A stretch of 64,000 nucleotides of DNA from an uncultured Methanosarcinaceae archaeon (lineage in GTDB: Archaea > Halobacteriota > Methanosarcinia > Methanosarcinales > Methanosarcinaceae). Positions 54,245 to 64,000 of the stretch are shown here, piece after piece. Under the pieces are notes generated by a model. The model saw nothing but the letters and a program-made list of their open reading frames with translations. It was not told where the DNA came from and searched no databases. The stretch covers positions 1-64,000 of the forward strand of contig CAVSHT010000005.1 in the NCBI GenBank assembly GCA_963727895.1. Reading direction: 5' to 3'. How positions within the stretch are numbered: the stretch's first letter is position 1; every line of letters starts with the position of its first letter. The position numbers and the translations under genes are program-made.

Positions 54245-54871
54245 ATGAACTTCTGGTTGATCAAAGCTGCAGGAACCTTAGAAGATGAAGAACTGATTAT
54301 AGAAAATAGTGTGATTACAATAGGATGGGCTGAGTTTCCGGATTTATCCAGCATTAAAAACGAAGTTCAGGTAAAGAAAATAATGCTTGAAAAATATCCC
54401 GGAATGCAAAAGGAACGCAGCTCTGCCTGGGCAAGAGAGATAAACTCATTTATAAAAAATATAAAGAAGGGAGACTTTGTAGCAGTCCCACTTAAAACAA
54501 GGAACGAAATGTTGATAGGAAAAGTTACTGGAGACTACGAGTTCCGGCAGCTCAGCAACTTTATCAGCCATATCAGGAGCGTAAGATGGCTTAAAACGGT
54601 CTCTAAAGGAAATTTTGAGGAAGAATACAATATAGATCTCAATTCTCCTGAGGTACTTTCCCTTATAGAAGCAGAAAATGAAAAACTTTCAGGTTTAGTC
54701 AAAATAAAAACCTTGGAAGATATTGTCAAAGAGCTTAACTTTGCCTTTGATGAACTCGAATACCTTAAAGAAAAACTGCTTGAGCTTACTTACAGATTGG
54801 CTGAAACCGAAGATATCTCAGAAGTCAAAACAATTGCAGCTGAGATGGAGAATCTATTGAAAGAAAAGTAA
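54245..54871 (+). CDS. Protein resembling the N-terminal domain of COG4127/Mrr-associated restriction proteins, plus coiled coil
   Basis: FWLIKA..ITIGW..DLS..IKKGDFVAVP..IGKVTGDY..RSVRW; no nuclease motif seen. Confidence 0.6.
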   Translation: MNFWLIKAAGTLEDEELIIENSVITIGWAEFPDLSSIKNEVQVKKIMLEKYPGMQKERSSAWAREINSFIKNIKKGDFVAVPLKTRNEMLIGKVTGDYEFRQLSNFISHIRSVRWLKTVSKGNFEEEYNIDLNSPEVLSLIEAENEKLSGLVKIKTLEDIVKELNFAFDELEYLKEKLLELTYRLAETEDISEVKTIAAEMENLLKEK

Positions 54872-54934
54872 TATTGAGAAAAAATAAAGAAAAAAATAAC
54901 GAAAATGAGAATTTCATCTAATAAAATCTAATTT

Positions 54935-56563
54935 TTAACCAATGAGGTCATTGAGATCAAGTTCAAACCCGACAACTGAGTATCCAAGTCCGAAATTGCT
55001 TATAACCTCAGGATGGAATTCTCCGAAAACTCCGAGTTTTTTGCCGTTGACATAGACATCAGCCCTTCTGCCTTCGATAAATGCAGGATCTTCGGATTCT
55101 TTTACCTCGTAGGAAAGCATCATTTCTCTCATGAAGGCATCTACAACCTCATAAATTTCAGTAAAGTTAGCCTGAGGGTGAATCGAGACTGCAGCTACGT
55201 GTTGGCAGGTTATTTCGTTGCTTACAACCTCTCCAAACTCGAATATCTTCTGAGGAAGTTCTCTGTGCTGGTTTAAGGAAAGAATTTCAAGGAGATTCGG
55301 AAGCAGAGTTGTTCTGACAATTGTCTGGTCTTCGCTTATAGGGTGGAGGACATAGGTAACATCACTGGTCTTTTGCCTGCGCATATTTTCAAAGTTAATT
55401 TTTTCGCTTGTAAGCGTAAATGGCATGACCTCATAGTAACCAAGTCCGATCATTATCTCATTAACTGGAGCACGAAGCAATGAAATAGGATGAGATTTCC
55501 CTGCGGTATAAGTCTCAGGAATCTTTCCTTCTATGTTTTCATACCCGTAGCCTTTGGCAATATCTTCTACAAGATCGTAGTTATGAAGAATATCAGCCCT
55601 GTAAGCCGGCACCTCTACCTCAATGGTTTCTTCATCAAGAGCTTTTGCTCCAAAGCGCATCCTTTCAAGCTGTTTAACAATTTCTTCTAAGGAGAGATCC
55701 ATACCAAGAAGAGATTTTACTTCATCTTTTGTAAGAAATCTGGTTTTAGGTTCGAGATCAGGCAGAATAAGTTCTCCGCAATCGGGTCTGATAATCCTTA
55801 CGGATTCTATCTGCCCTCCTCTTTCTGCAAGTGCGGTAGCAACAATGTTTAGGGCAGTGTATACGGCTTCTCCAAGCCCTGTGACATCGATAAAGAGATC
55901 AGTTGTACGCTCGGTTACACTTGTGAGTGTCCCGTTAATAATAGGTGGGAAAGACAACACATTGTCATCTGCATCTAGGATTATCGGATATTTTTCAAAG
56001 TCCTTTACAAGATGAGCAAACCTTGTACCTTTGGGATGTTTTTCCATAATTTCTGTCATGCTCATTTTTTCGGTGTAGTCCAGAGGCACGAACTCGAAAT
56101 CTGGATCGACGGCCATATACCTGAAAGGCGGCTTGACGTTTGAAAGATCGTGAACTCCTATAGATACTTTTTTTCTGTTTCTTCCAAGTCCCCAGTGCAG
56201 ATCTTCCTGAAGGTCCATAAGTGATTTTATGGACGAAGATGTGAATTTTACGCCTCTTATAACTGCACATCCAAGGAAAGGTCTGATTTTCAGAATTTCT
56301 TCGCTAACCGAGATTGAAACATTTGATGGTTTTACCTTATATTCAGACTGCCCGGTCTCAAGATCTAAGAAACCCCGCATTGCTCTGGCTGCTCCTTCAA
56401 CACTATAAAGGTCAGGCCTGTCAGGAAAAAACTCAACATCGATATATTCGTCTTCAACCCTTTCGATATCAGCACCTATCATAGGCACTCTTTTTATGAT
56501 GGTTTCTTTATCGATTCCTGTGAGTTTCTCGAGATCGTTGTACTGTAAGGTAATTACTGGCAT
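54935..56563 (-). CDS. pheT: Phenylalanine-tRNA ligase beta subunit
   Basis: [40 protein letters not shown]. Confidence 0.95.
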   Translation of the reverse strand: MPVITLQYNDLEKLTGIDKETIIKRVPMIGADIERVEDEYIDVEFFPDRPDLYSVEGAARAMRGFLDLETGQSEYKVKPSNVSISVSEEILKIRPFLGCAVIRGVKFTSSSIKSLMDLQEDLHWGLGRNRKKVSIGVHDLSNVKPPFRYMAVDPDFEFVPLDYTEKMSMTEIMEKHPKGTRFAHLVKDFEKYPIILDADDNVLSFPPIINGTLTSVTERTTDLFIDVTGLGEAVYTALNIVATALAERGGQIESVRIIRPDCGELILPDLEPKTRFLTKDEVKSLLGMDLSLEEIVKQLERMRFGAKALDEETIEVEVPAYRADILHNYDLVEDIAKGYGYENIEGKIPETYTAGKSHPISLLRAPVNEIMIGLGYYEVMPFTLTSEKINFENMRRQKTSDVTYVLHPISEDQTIVRTTLLPNLLEILSLNQHRELPQKIFEFGEVVSNEITCQHVAAVSIHPQANFTEIYEVVDAFMREMMLSYEVKESEDPAFIEGRRADVYVNGKKLGVFGEFHPEVISNFGLGYSVVGFELDLNDLIG

Positions 56564-56857
56564 GGAAGTTCATCTCATCTTTTGCTAGCTAACTTAACCC
56601 AAAACATACTCAACTTTACATTTAATGTTTTTGTTTCAAAAAATTATTTCAATTATCTGAAAAGTTGAATAAAGCATGTAAGAATATTTCAGGTCATACA
56701 AGGAAGAATTAATATGATCTGGAAGAACTATGAGCTATAACTAACTGGACTTTGTAGAAAACTTACTTTAACATTTACCTAGAAATCCCAACAAAATACC
56801 TATTTATCAATGAAAGGTTAATTTCCTTTATAGATAGAAGCAGATGGGGCACTGGTT

Positions 56858-57841
56858 CTGGAAAACAATATCATAGAAGTAAGCGATCTTGAATATTTTT
56901 TTGGAGAAATAAAAGCCGTCGATAATATTAGTTTTACAGTATGGAGAGGGGAAATTTTCTCATTTCTCGGACCTAATGGAGCGGGAAAAAGTACCGTAAT
57001 CAATATTCTTACCACCCTGCTGCCTATGCAAAAAGGGAAAGTAATTATTGCAGGTCATGATTTGAGAACCGAGCCTGAAAAAGTAAGGGAATCCATTGGG
57101 ATTGTTTTTCAGGAATTGACTCTTGATAGAGATATGACTGTAGGAGAGATTCTTGAGTACCATGGAAGGCTCTATTCCATGCCAAAAGATCAAAGGCGAA
57201 TGCGTATTGACGAACTGCTCAATCTGGTTGAACTTGAAGCAAAGAGGGATGTCCTTACAAGGTATCTGAGCGGCGGAATGAAGCGCAGGCTTGAGATTGC
57301 AAGAGGATTGATGACCCGCCCGAAAGTACTTTTTATGGATGAGCCTACTATCGGGCTTGACCCTCAGACAAGGATAAGAATTTGGGATTATGTACGGGAC
57401 ATTAATCGGCAAGGTACAACAGTTTTTCTGACAACTCACTATATGGACGAAGCCGATCAGCTCAGTGAGTATATAAGTATCATAGATCACGGAAAGATAA
57501 TTGTTACAGGCAAACCTTGGGAATTAAAAAATGCACTTGGTCAAGACATTATATATCTGGAAACAAGTGATAACAAGGGAGCTTCAGGTATTTTAAAGAA
57601 ACTCGATACTGTTAGAGGGGTTAGAGACAAATCAAAAGGAGTAATTGTCATGGTCAACGTGGACGGTACTTACCTGTTGCCTGAGATCATGGATAAACTT
57701 CGGGATGGGGGAATTAAGATCAGGGCGGTAAACCTCAAAAAACCATCAATGGATGATGTTTTTGTTCATTACACAGGAAGGGAACTAAGGGATGCTACTG
57801 GAACCGAAAAAACGGCAGTGAAGAGATCAGGAGGGCGTTAA
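56858..57841 (+). CDS. ABC-2/DrrA-type ATPase with apparent CTG start upstream of the track ORF
   Basis: Walker A GPNGAGKS lies before ATG 57026; in-frame TAG at 56831; LSGGMKRR, DEPT. Confidence 0.88.
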   Translation: MENNIIEVSDLEYFFGEIKAVDNISFTVWRGEIFSFLGPNGAGKSTVINILTTLLPMQKGKVIIAGHDLRTEPEKVRESIGIVFQELTLDRDMTVGEILEYHGRLYSMPKDQRRMRIDELLNLVELEAKRDVLTRYLSGGMKRRLEIARGLMTRPKVLFMDEPTIGLDPQTRIRIWDYVRDINRQGTTVFLTTHYMDEADQLSEYISIIDHGKIIVTGKPWELKNALGQDIIYLETSDNKGASGILKKLDTVRGVRDKSKGVIVMVNVDGTYLLPEIMDKLRDGGIKIRAVNLKKPSMDDVFVHYTGRELRDATGTEKTAVKRSGGR

Positions 57842-57844
57842 GAA

Positions 57845-58681
57845 ATGCATAAAGGCTTTCTTACTATCTACTGGCGAGATATGCTAAGGTTTGTTAGGTT
57901 TCGAACACTTATGTTTACCTCCCTTGTTCAGCCTGCTCTCTGGCTGGCTTTCTTTGGAGTGGCAATGTCAAATAATTTTGATAGACTAACTGCAACCATA
58001 CCAGCGGTTCCAGGTGTCAAAGCTGTCGGTTACCTGACTTTTATCGGCGCAGGTGTTATTGCCATGACCACGCTTTTCACTAGTCTTTTTGGAGGCACAG
58101 TATTGCTATTTGATAAAAACTGGGGTCTTATGCGGGAGACTCTTTCCAGTCCTCTTCCAAGAATCCATATAATCATAGGGGTAGGCCTTTCAGCAATGAC
58201 CAAGTCCTTTATCCAGGTAGCTGTTATATTGGGTTTTGGACTTCTGCTTGGAGTCCGTTTTTTTGAAGGTTACACAGCAACACAGATTTTTGTCTCACTT
58301 ATTGGAATTATGTTTTTTATTGGAGCATTTTCACTGGGATTTCTTTTCCTATCAACTGCAATCGCAATAACAATGGAAAGTCCTGAAGGAATGCAAGCGG
58401 TAATTACTCTGCTTACCATGCCTTTCTTTTTCACGAGCAATGCACTTTATCCGGCTAGCTCCTTTCCCCCTGTTCTCCGAGCTCTATCTACAATAAATCC
58501 CCTTACTCATCTGGTTAATGGGGTCAGGTATTTTGCAATAGGGAGTGATTTTTCGTCAATAGGCATTCGTTATACTTACACACAAGGAGAAATTATTTTT
58601 TCCTTCCTTTCACTGCTGGCTTTTGCTGCAATAATGTTTTTCATTGCTAGATGGCGGTTTACGAAGGTTACAGTCACATGA
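57845..58681 (+). CDS. ABC-2 type permease
   Basis: QPALW, FTSNALYP, INPLTH. Confidence 0.88.
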   Translation: MHKGFLTIYWRDMLRFVRFRTLMFTSLVQPALWLAFFGVAMSNNFDRLTATIPAVPGVKAVGYLTFIGAGVIAMTTLFTSLFGGTVLLFDKNWGLMRETLSSPLPRIHIIIGVGLSAMTKSFIQVAVILGFGLLLGVRFFEGYTATQIFVSLIGIMFFIGAFSLGFLFLSTAIAITMESPEGMQAVITLLTMPFFFTSNALYPASSFPPVLRALSTINPLTHLVNGVRYFAIGSDFSSIGIRYTYTQGEIIFSFLSLLAFAAIMFFIARWRFTKVTVT

Positions 58682-58739
58682 TTTCAATACGGCTCATATT
58701 TAAAAGCTGTAAAGATAAAAGTAGAAGAGGGGAAAAGCT

Positions 58740-59000
58740 ATGGTTTGTACACACCAAAATATGATACAAATAAAGGACATAGATCCGGGTTCAAAGGGAT
58801 GTGAGGAGTGCCTGAAGAGCGGGGATAGCTGGGTGCACCTTAGAATTTGCTTGACCTGCGGACATGTGGGCTGCTGTGATTCATCAAAAAATAAACACAC
58901 AACAAAACATTTTAAAGAAACTGGACATCCTTTAATCCAACCTTTCGAGCCAGGTGAGGACTGGAAATACTGTTATATTGATCGTCAATACCTTGAATAA
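58740..59000 (+). CDS. Stand-alone UBP-type zinc finger protein
   Basis: CTH..CEEC..WVHLRICLTCGHVGCCDSS..H...H..TGHP..EPGEDW. Confidence 0.85.
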   Translation: MVCTHQNMIQIKDIDPGSKGCEECLKSGDSWVHLRICLTCGHVGCCDSSKNKHTTKHFKETGHPLIQPFEPGEDWKYCYIDRQYLE

Positions 59001-59116
59001 AAAGCTGGCAACCAAAAAACCAGGAGTATCAAAAGATTCATTGTAGCTGGAATAATCTCATTTCAGAAACTTAATTTCCAAAAATATATCCCTTTTTATC
59101 CATTTTATCTTTTATT

Positions 59117-59930
59117 TATAGCTTGAATGCAACTTATTACACGTATTACCACTTCTCTATTCTTATGGTGGGGAAAGAACACATTCCTATTTATCAAAAT
59201 ATAACTCTTGATGAGATTAACGTTTTAATCAGACATGAAAACAATTCAAGAATGCTTAAAAGACTCTATTTTGTCAAATCCAATTTTTAGGGGATTCTGT
59301 TGAAAAAGCTACAACTAAAGTTGGAGTTACTAAGAAAACAGGATATTATTGGCAAGAAAATTGGAATAAAGGTGGCTATGCCGCCTTAATACCAAATTTT
59401 GGTGGAGGACGAAAACCCAAGCTTACCGATGAGCAAATGAAAGAATTAAAAATGTTGTTAGAAAAAAGGATTACTGGACTACAAGAGGTGTTTTAGAGCT
59501 AGTAAAGGAAAAATATGGTGTAGAGTATTCACAGAAGCAAATTCAGGTCATACTGCATAATTTTTATATGTATCATTCAAAACCATAACTCTTAACTATA
59601 GAAGACCTGAAAACGCTGAGAAAATTTTAAAAAAAGTTAATAGAAGCAATTCCAGAGTATATAGGTTCAGATGACCAATATATCATAGGTTTTCTGGATG
59701 AATCTTCACCACAAACAAAAGCAAATACACAACGATTAATCCGATGGAATTTGTATGGAAAACGATTAAAAGAGAAGTATCTGTAAGATTTATTCAATCT
59801 AAAGAACATCTTAAAAACATTATTAAAAATTAATTTATGAAGGTGGAAAAATCATTATCATTTGCAAAGAAATGGATAGAAAAATTCCATTTACAAATAA
59901 AAAGTGTAATTTTTTGAATCAGAAACTATA
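59117..59930 (+). mobile_element. Degenerate, internally deleted IS630-family element
   Basis: TA-flanked imperfect TIRs TATAG..TTACAC / GTGTAA..CTATA; GGGRKPKL, GFLDES and NP.EFVW remnants with frameshifts. Confidence 0.75.
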
Positions 59931-60081
59931 ATTGGGGCAAAATATGAAAGTGGAATATGAGAAAAGAGTTATGAGAAAAAGCTGTGAGATTTGAGTGAGT
60001 AAAAATATATAATATGGAATACATACTTACTTAAAAACTATATCCAGTGATGTCCCATAAAAACTTCAGGCTAATGACAAC

Positions 60082-61761
60082 ATGATACACAAAAGACTCC
60101 ATCGCTATGCCATGTTGAAAAGATATGGTCAGATAATTGAGGTTCTTCAGAAATATGGGTTTGGATATATTGTTGACCAGATAGGTTTGAGTAGCATTAG
60201 AGACCTGACCTACAAGTTCAAGAATAAGGCTAAATCAGATAAACTCAATGATTCAGGTCCGGTTAGAGTACGTAAGATACTTGAAGAACTGGGTCCAACC
60301 TACATTAAGTTAGGTCAATTATTGAGCATGAGGCATGACCTCGTGCCTCTTGAGTATGCTACAGAACTTGAAAAACTTCAGGATGAGGCACCCTCTTTTG
60401 AGTATGAAGAAGTTGAGCTAATTGTAAGAGAAGAACTTGGCCATCCCATAGAGGAATTATTCGATTTTTTTGAAAAGAAACCACTTGCCTGTGCGTCCAT
60501 TGGACAGGTTCATAAGGCAAAGATAAAAAACGGCGATGAAGTTGTTGTAAAAGTCCAGCGTCCTGGCATAAAGGAGATAATTGAATCTGATCTGGATATT
60601 ATGTATAGTATAGCCAGGCTTGTTGATGAATATATGCCAGAGGCTAGATTATATCGACCGATGGAAATTATTGATGAGTTATCCCGAAGTACTCTTGCAG
60701 AAATAGATTATACTCAGGAAGGCTGGAACACTGATCGTTTCGCAGACAATTTTAAGGACAATGCACAGATTTGCATTCCAAAAGTTTACTGGAACTATAC
60801 AAATACACGAGTGCTAACCCTGGAATATATTAAAGGTATAAAAGGCAGCCGTATTGATTTATTGGAAAAACAGGGGTTCAATAGGAGCAATATAGCTTTC
60901 GTAGTAGGAAATGCTTTCATGCAACAGGTGTTTGAAAACGGCTTTTTCCACGCAGACCTGCATGCAGGAAATATACTGATAATGGAAGATGGAACCGTAG
61001 CCTTTCTTGATTTTGGGATGACAGGGTATATTTCTCCAGAAGTAAGCGATATATTTCTTGATGGAATGATAGCTTTAGTTCAAGGAGACAGTTCAGCGTT
61101 CATTGAGTTGTGTCGAGATATGGGTTGTATAGACTCTTACGTAGACACCAGATCATTGAAAATAGACATGGAAACTTTTCGCTCGAAATATTATGGGAAG
61201 GCTCTAAAAAACATTGAGACTTCTATAATTATTGAAGAGTTAATGGGGATTTTAAGAGAACATCAAGTTACATTGCCTCACAATATAGCTTTATTAGTAA
61301 GAGGAATAGTGGCTGTTGAAGGTTTTGGACTGATAATTAATCCGGATTTCAGTTTTACTCAACTTATAGAACCTTACGCGAAAAAAGAAATGAAAGAGCG
61401 CTTTAATCCTCAAAATCTTGCCCGCAGAACCTATTGTAGTATTTCAAGCTGGTCACGTCTGTTCCAGAAAGCTCCTACAAAAATCTCACATATCCTTGAT
61501 CACGCCGAAAATGGTTCTTTGAGAATAAAGTTTGAATCGTCAGACAGTAATCGGTTGATTTCAGAAATTGACGTTGCCAGTAATCGCCTTGCTTTTAGTC
61601 TGATAATCTCTGCCATGATCATTGCATCTTCTATGGTCATTCAGACAAATATGAAACCTTTTCTATGGAATGTGCCTTTTCTTGGCGTTTTCAGTTTTTT
61701 TATTGCCAGCCTCTTTGGGCTATGGCTCGTTTTTAATATATTCAGGACAGGCAGAATATGA
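60082..61761 (+). CDS. ABC1/AarF/UbiB family kinase
   Basis: LGPTYIKLGQ, ASIGQVH, VKVQRPG, FFHADLHAGN, LDFG. Confidence 0.9.
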   Translation: MIHKRLHRYAMLKRYGQIIEVLQKYGFGYIVDQIGLSSIRDLTYKFKNKAKSDKLNDSGPVRVRKILEELGPTYIKLGQLLSMRHDLVPLEYATELEKLQDEAPSFEYEEVELIVREELGHPIEELFDFFEKKPLACASIGQVHKAKIKNGDEVVVKVQRPGIKEIIESDLDIMYSIARLVDEYMPEARLYRPMEIIDELSRSTLAEIDYTQEGWNTDRFADNFKDNAQICIPKVYWNYTNTRVLTLEYIKGIKGSRIDLLEKQGFNRSNIAFVVGNAFMQQVFENGFFHADLHAGNILIMEDGTVAFLDFGMTGYISPEVSDIFLDGMIALVQGDSSAFIELCRDMGCIDSYVDTRSLKIDMETFRSKYYGKALKNIETSIIIEELMGILREHQVTLPHNIALLVRGIVAVEGFGLIINPDFSFTQLIEPYAKKEMKERFNPQNLARRTYCSISSWSRLFQKAPTKISHILDHAENGSLRIKFESSDSNRLISEIDVASNRLAFSLIISAMIIASSMVIQTNMKPFLWNVPFLGVFSFFIASLFGLWLVFNIFRTGRI

Positions 61762-61986
61762 GTCTTTTAACTTTTAATATGGGTCTTAAAGAAGTTTTTA
61801 TTCTAAAAAATGCCTTAAAATTCATTAAAAGTCTGAAATTTCATCTAAACTTTTATGGTTTTTCGAATTGAAGTTTTCTAACACTTATTTCCGGAAAAAG
61901 AACAAAATATTAGGATGGATATGTTAAGCCTTTGTAAAACTTAAACCCATCCGAATTTTGTTAAACTTTTCTCTGAACTTTAGCGT

Positions 61987-64000
61987 TTAAAGACTATGCA
62001 TAGGTGCAAAACTGTTTTCCGGATAATGTACTACCTGCCTGGGCAAGTCCATGTCCAGAGCTTCTCGCAAGACCTCTTCAATGGTCTCTACAGGCACGAA
62101 CTTTAGCTCGTTTCTAACATCCTCAGGTATATCCTCCAGATCCCTTTCATTCTCTTTTGGCAGAATTATCTTCTTTATGCCTGCCCTGTGAGCTGCAAGA
62201 ACTTTCTCCTTTATACCGCCAACAGGAAGTACTGCTCCACTTAGAGTAACTTCACCTGTCATAGCGATTTTTGGGTCAACTGCTTTACCAGTAATGAGGG
62301 ACGTAAGAGCTGTAAAGAGAGTCACACCTGCAGACGGGCCGTCTTTTGGGGTTGCACCTGAAGGCACGTGGATATGGATGTCGCTTGAAGTAAAGTCAAA
62401 GCTGTTTGCAGTATTTGCAAGCCGTGACCTGACAAAGCTCAAAGAGATCTTTGCAGACTCCTTCATCACGTCCCCAAGCTGTCCTGTAAGCGTAAGTTTT
62501 CCACTTCCTGGCATAAACGTGCCCTCTATGAAGAGAATATCTCCTCCTACAGGCGTCCATGCAAGCCCTGTAACAACGCCGGGTACAACCTCTTTTCTGG
62601 CTTCTTCCTGTCGGATTACCTCTTTTCCGAGAATTTCTTTGAGCATATCTACCTTGACCACATAAGGCAGATAGGCTTTGCCTGAAACTATCTTTTCGGA
62701 CACATATCTTGCTGTCTTTGCAAGTTGTTTTTTGAGTCCACGGACACCAGCTTCGCGAGTATACTTATCAATGATTACTTTCAGAGCTTCGTCTTCAATT
62801 TTAAGTTGCTCTGAATCAAGGCCGTGATCTTCCAGTACGCCAGGTATCAGGTGGTCTTTTGCAATCGCAAGTTTCTCGTTTTTCGTATAACCTGAGATTT
62901 CGATAGTTTCCATTCTATCCAGAAGCGGCCAGGGGATACTTGACAGTGAGTTGGCAGTGGCTATGAACAATACATCAGACAGGTCATATGGAATTTCCAG
63001 ATAGTGGTCTGAGAATGTGCTGTTTTGTTCCGGATCAAGGACTTCCAGAAGAGCACTTGCCGGGTCTCCGGAATAAGAAGTTGAAAGCTTGTCAACCTCA
63101 TCAAGGATAAATACTGGATTTTTCGTGCCTGCTTTTCTCATGCCCTGAATAATCCTTCCTGGTAGAGCACCTACATATGTCCGCCTGTGTCCTCGAATCT
63201 CGGCTTCGTCTTTGACACCTCCAAGGCTTACACGGATATATTTTCTACCAAGAGCATCGGCTATGCTTTTTCCAAGACTTGTCTTTCCAGTCCCGGGAGG
63301 TCCTACCAGGAGTAGAATTGAGCCTTGTTTCTCCTTTTTTAATTTCATTACTGCCAGATGCTGGATTATCCTCTCTTTAACTTTTTCAAGGCCATTGTGA
63401 TTGTTCTCAAGCACACGTCGAGCTTCAGCGATATCAATGTTTTTCTTCTCTTCGGTTACCCAGGGAAGATCGATCAGCAGGTCAAGATAGTTCCTTATAA
63501 CCTGAGCTTCTGGATTATGGCTGCCTCCGGCTTCAAGTTTTCTTAATTCTGACAATGCTTTCTTTTTTACTTCTTCAGGCATCTTAGAGTTTTCAATTTT
63601 CTTCCTGTATGCAGCATCGCCTGAATCCGAGTCACCTCCCTCGTTGAGCTCTTCCTGAATCATCTTCAATTGCTCGCGGAGCATTGCCTCTCTATTCGAC
63701 TTGCTGATTTTGTCGGTGACTTTTTTTGCCATTTCAATCTGGAGGTTGATATTTTCTTTATGCTTTGTCAGAATATGAAGGAATAAGAGATACCGTTCAC
63801 GGTTTGAGGCGAGCTCCAGAAGTTTCTGTTTTTCGGCAAGACTCACAGGTATGTAAGGCATGACAAATCCTATTATCCTGTCAATAGAATCCATCTTATC
63901 TATTGGCTGTGTGAAGTGATCTGCACCCTGGAAACGATTGCTTATTTGGCGAATCGTCTGTTTTATATTTGCCATTACTTTTGCCTGGCTGTCTTCATCG
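61987..64000 (-). CDS. lon: Lon protease (bacterial LonA type); 5' end outside the window
   Basis: [31 protein letters not shown]. Confidence 0.95.
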   Translation of the reverse strand, partial: DEDSQAKVMANIKQTIRQISNRFQGADHFTQPIDKMDSIDRIIGFVMPYIPVSLAEKQKLLELASNRERYLLFLHILTKHKENINLQIEMAKKVTDKISKSNREAMLREQLKMIQEELNEGGDSDSGDAAYRKKIENSKMPEEVKKKALSELRKLEAGGSHNPEAQVIRNYLDLLIDLPWVTEEKKNIDIAEARRVLENNHNGLEKVKERIIQHLAVMKLKKEKQGSILLLVGPPGTGKTSLGKSIADALGRKYIRVSLGGVKDEAEIRGHRRTYVGALPGRIIQGMRKAGTKNPVFILDEVDKLSTSYSGDPASALLEVLDPEQNSTFSDHYLEIPYDLSDVLFIATANSLSSIPWPLLDRMETIEISGYTKNEKLAIAKDHLIPGVLEDHGLDSEQLKIEDEALKVIIDKYTREAGVRGLKKQLAKTARYVSEKIVSGKAYLPYVVKVDMLKEILGKEVIRQEEARKEVVPGVVTGLAWTPVGGDILFIEGTFMPGSGKLTLTGQLGDVMKESAKISLSFVRSRLANTANSFDFTSSDIHIHVPSGATPKDGPSAGVTLFTALTSLITGKAVDPKIAMTGEVTLSGAVLPVGGIKEKVLAAHRAGIKKIILPKENERDLEDIPEDVRNELKFVPVETIEEVLREALDMDLPRQVVHYPENSFAPMHSL

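Noticed and set aside
1..64000. CRISPR array, tRNA or rRNA genes
   Set aside because: No repeat-spacer periodicity, cloverleaf or rRNA-like tract seen by eye; tRNAscan was not run
1..64000. Pyrrolysine (TAG read-through) genes
   Set aside because: The TAGs examined (6759 followed by TAA; 56831) do not interrupt a recognisable coding frame; not checked exhaustively
61987..64000. Bacterial-type Lon and uvrABC in an archaeon as novelty
   Set aside because: Already known for Methanosarcina

Overview
AT-rich archaeal chromosomal DNA, most likely Methanosarcina (inferred from an MsvR-like regulator, a methanoredoxin/FDR pair, a COG1361-ABC operon, a CHASE4 kinase, uvrA-C-B and bacterial-type Lon). 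Housekeeping and redox/stress genes (trm1, pspA, pheT, uvrACB, lon, ferredoxins) are broken up by many mobile elements. These are six IS1-family copies plus a stranded IS1 end, two IS6, decayed IS630, an IS1182/tnpB chimera that keeps the tnpB right end and omega-RNA region, and three 120-130 bp MITE-like elements. Read directly from the sequence: swapped target duplications indicating an IS1-mediated inversion of 27.9-28.9 kb; an unannotated ferredoxin with an ATA start and other apparent non-ATG starts; an MsvR-type operator; and frameshifts in uvrB, a DUF1638 gene and a flavin reductase. No rRNA, tRNA or CRISPR array was seen. Family names come from motif recognition, not database searches. 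I found no clear-cut new system. The best candidates are the orphan tnpB omega-RNA, the membrane-tethered wHTH/ABC/heme-protein cluster and the MITE pair.
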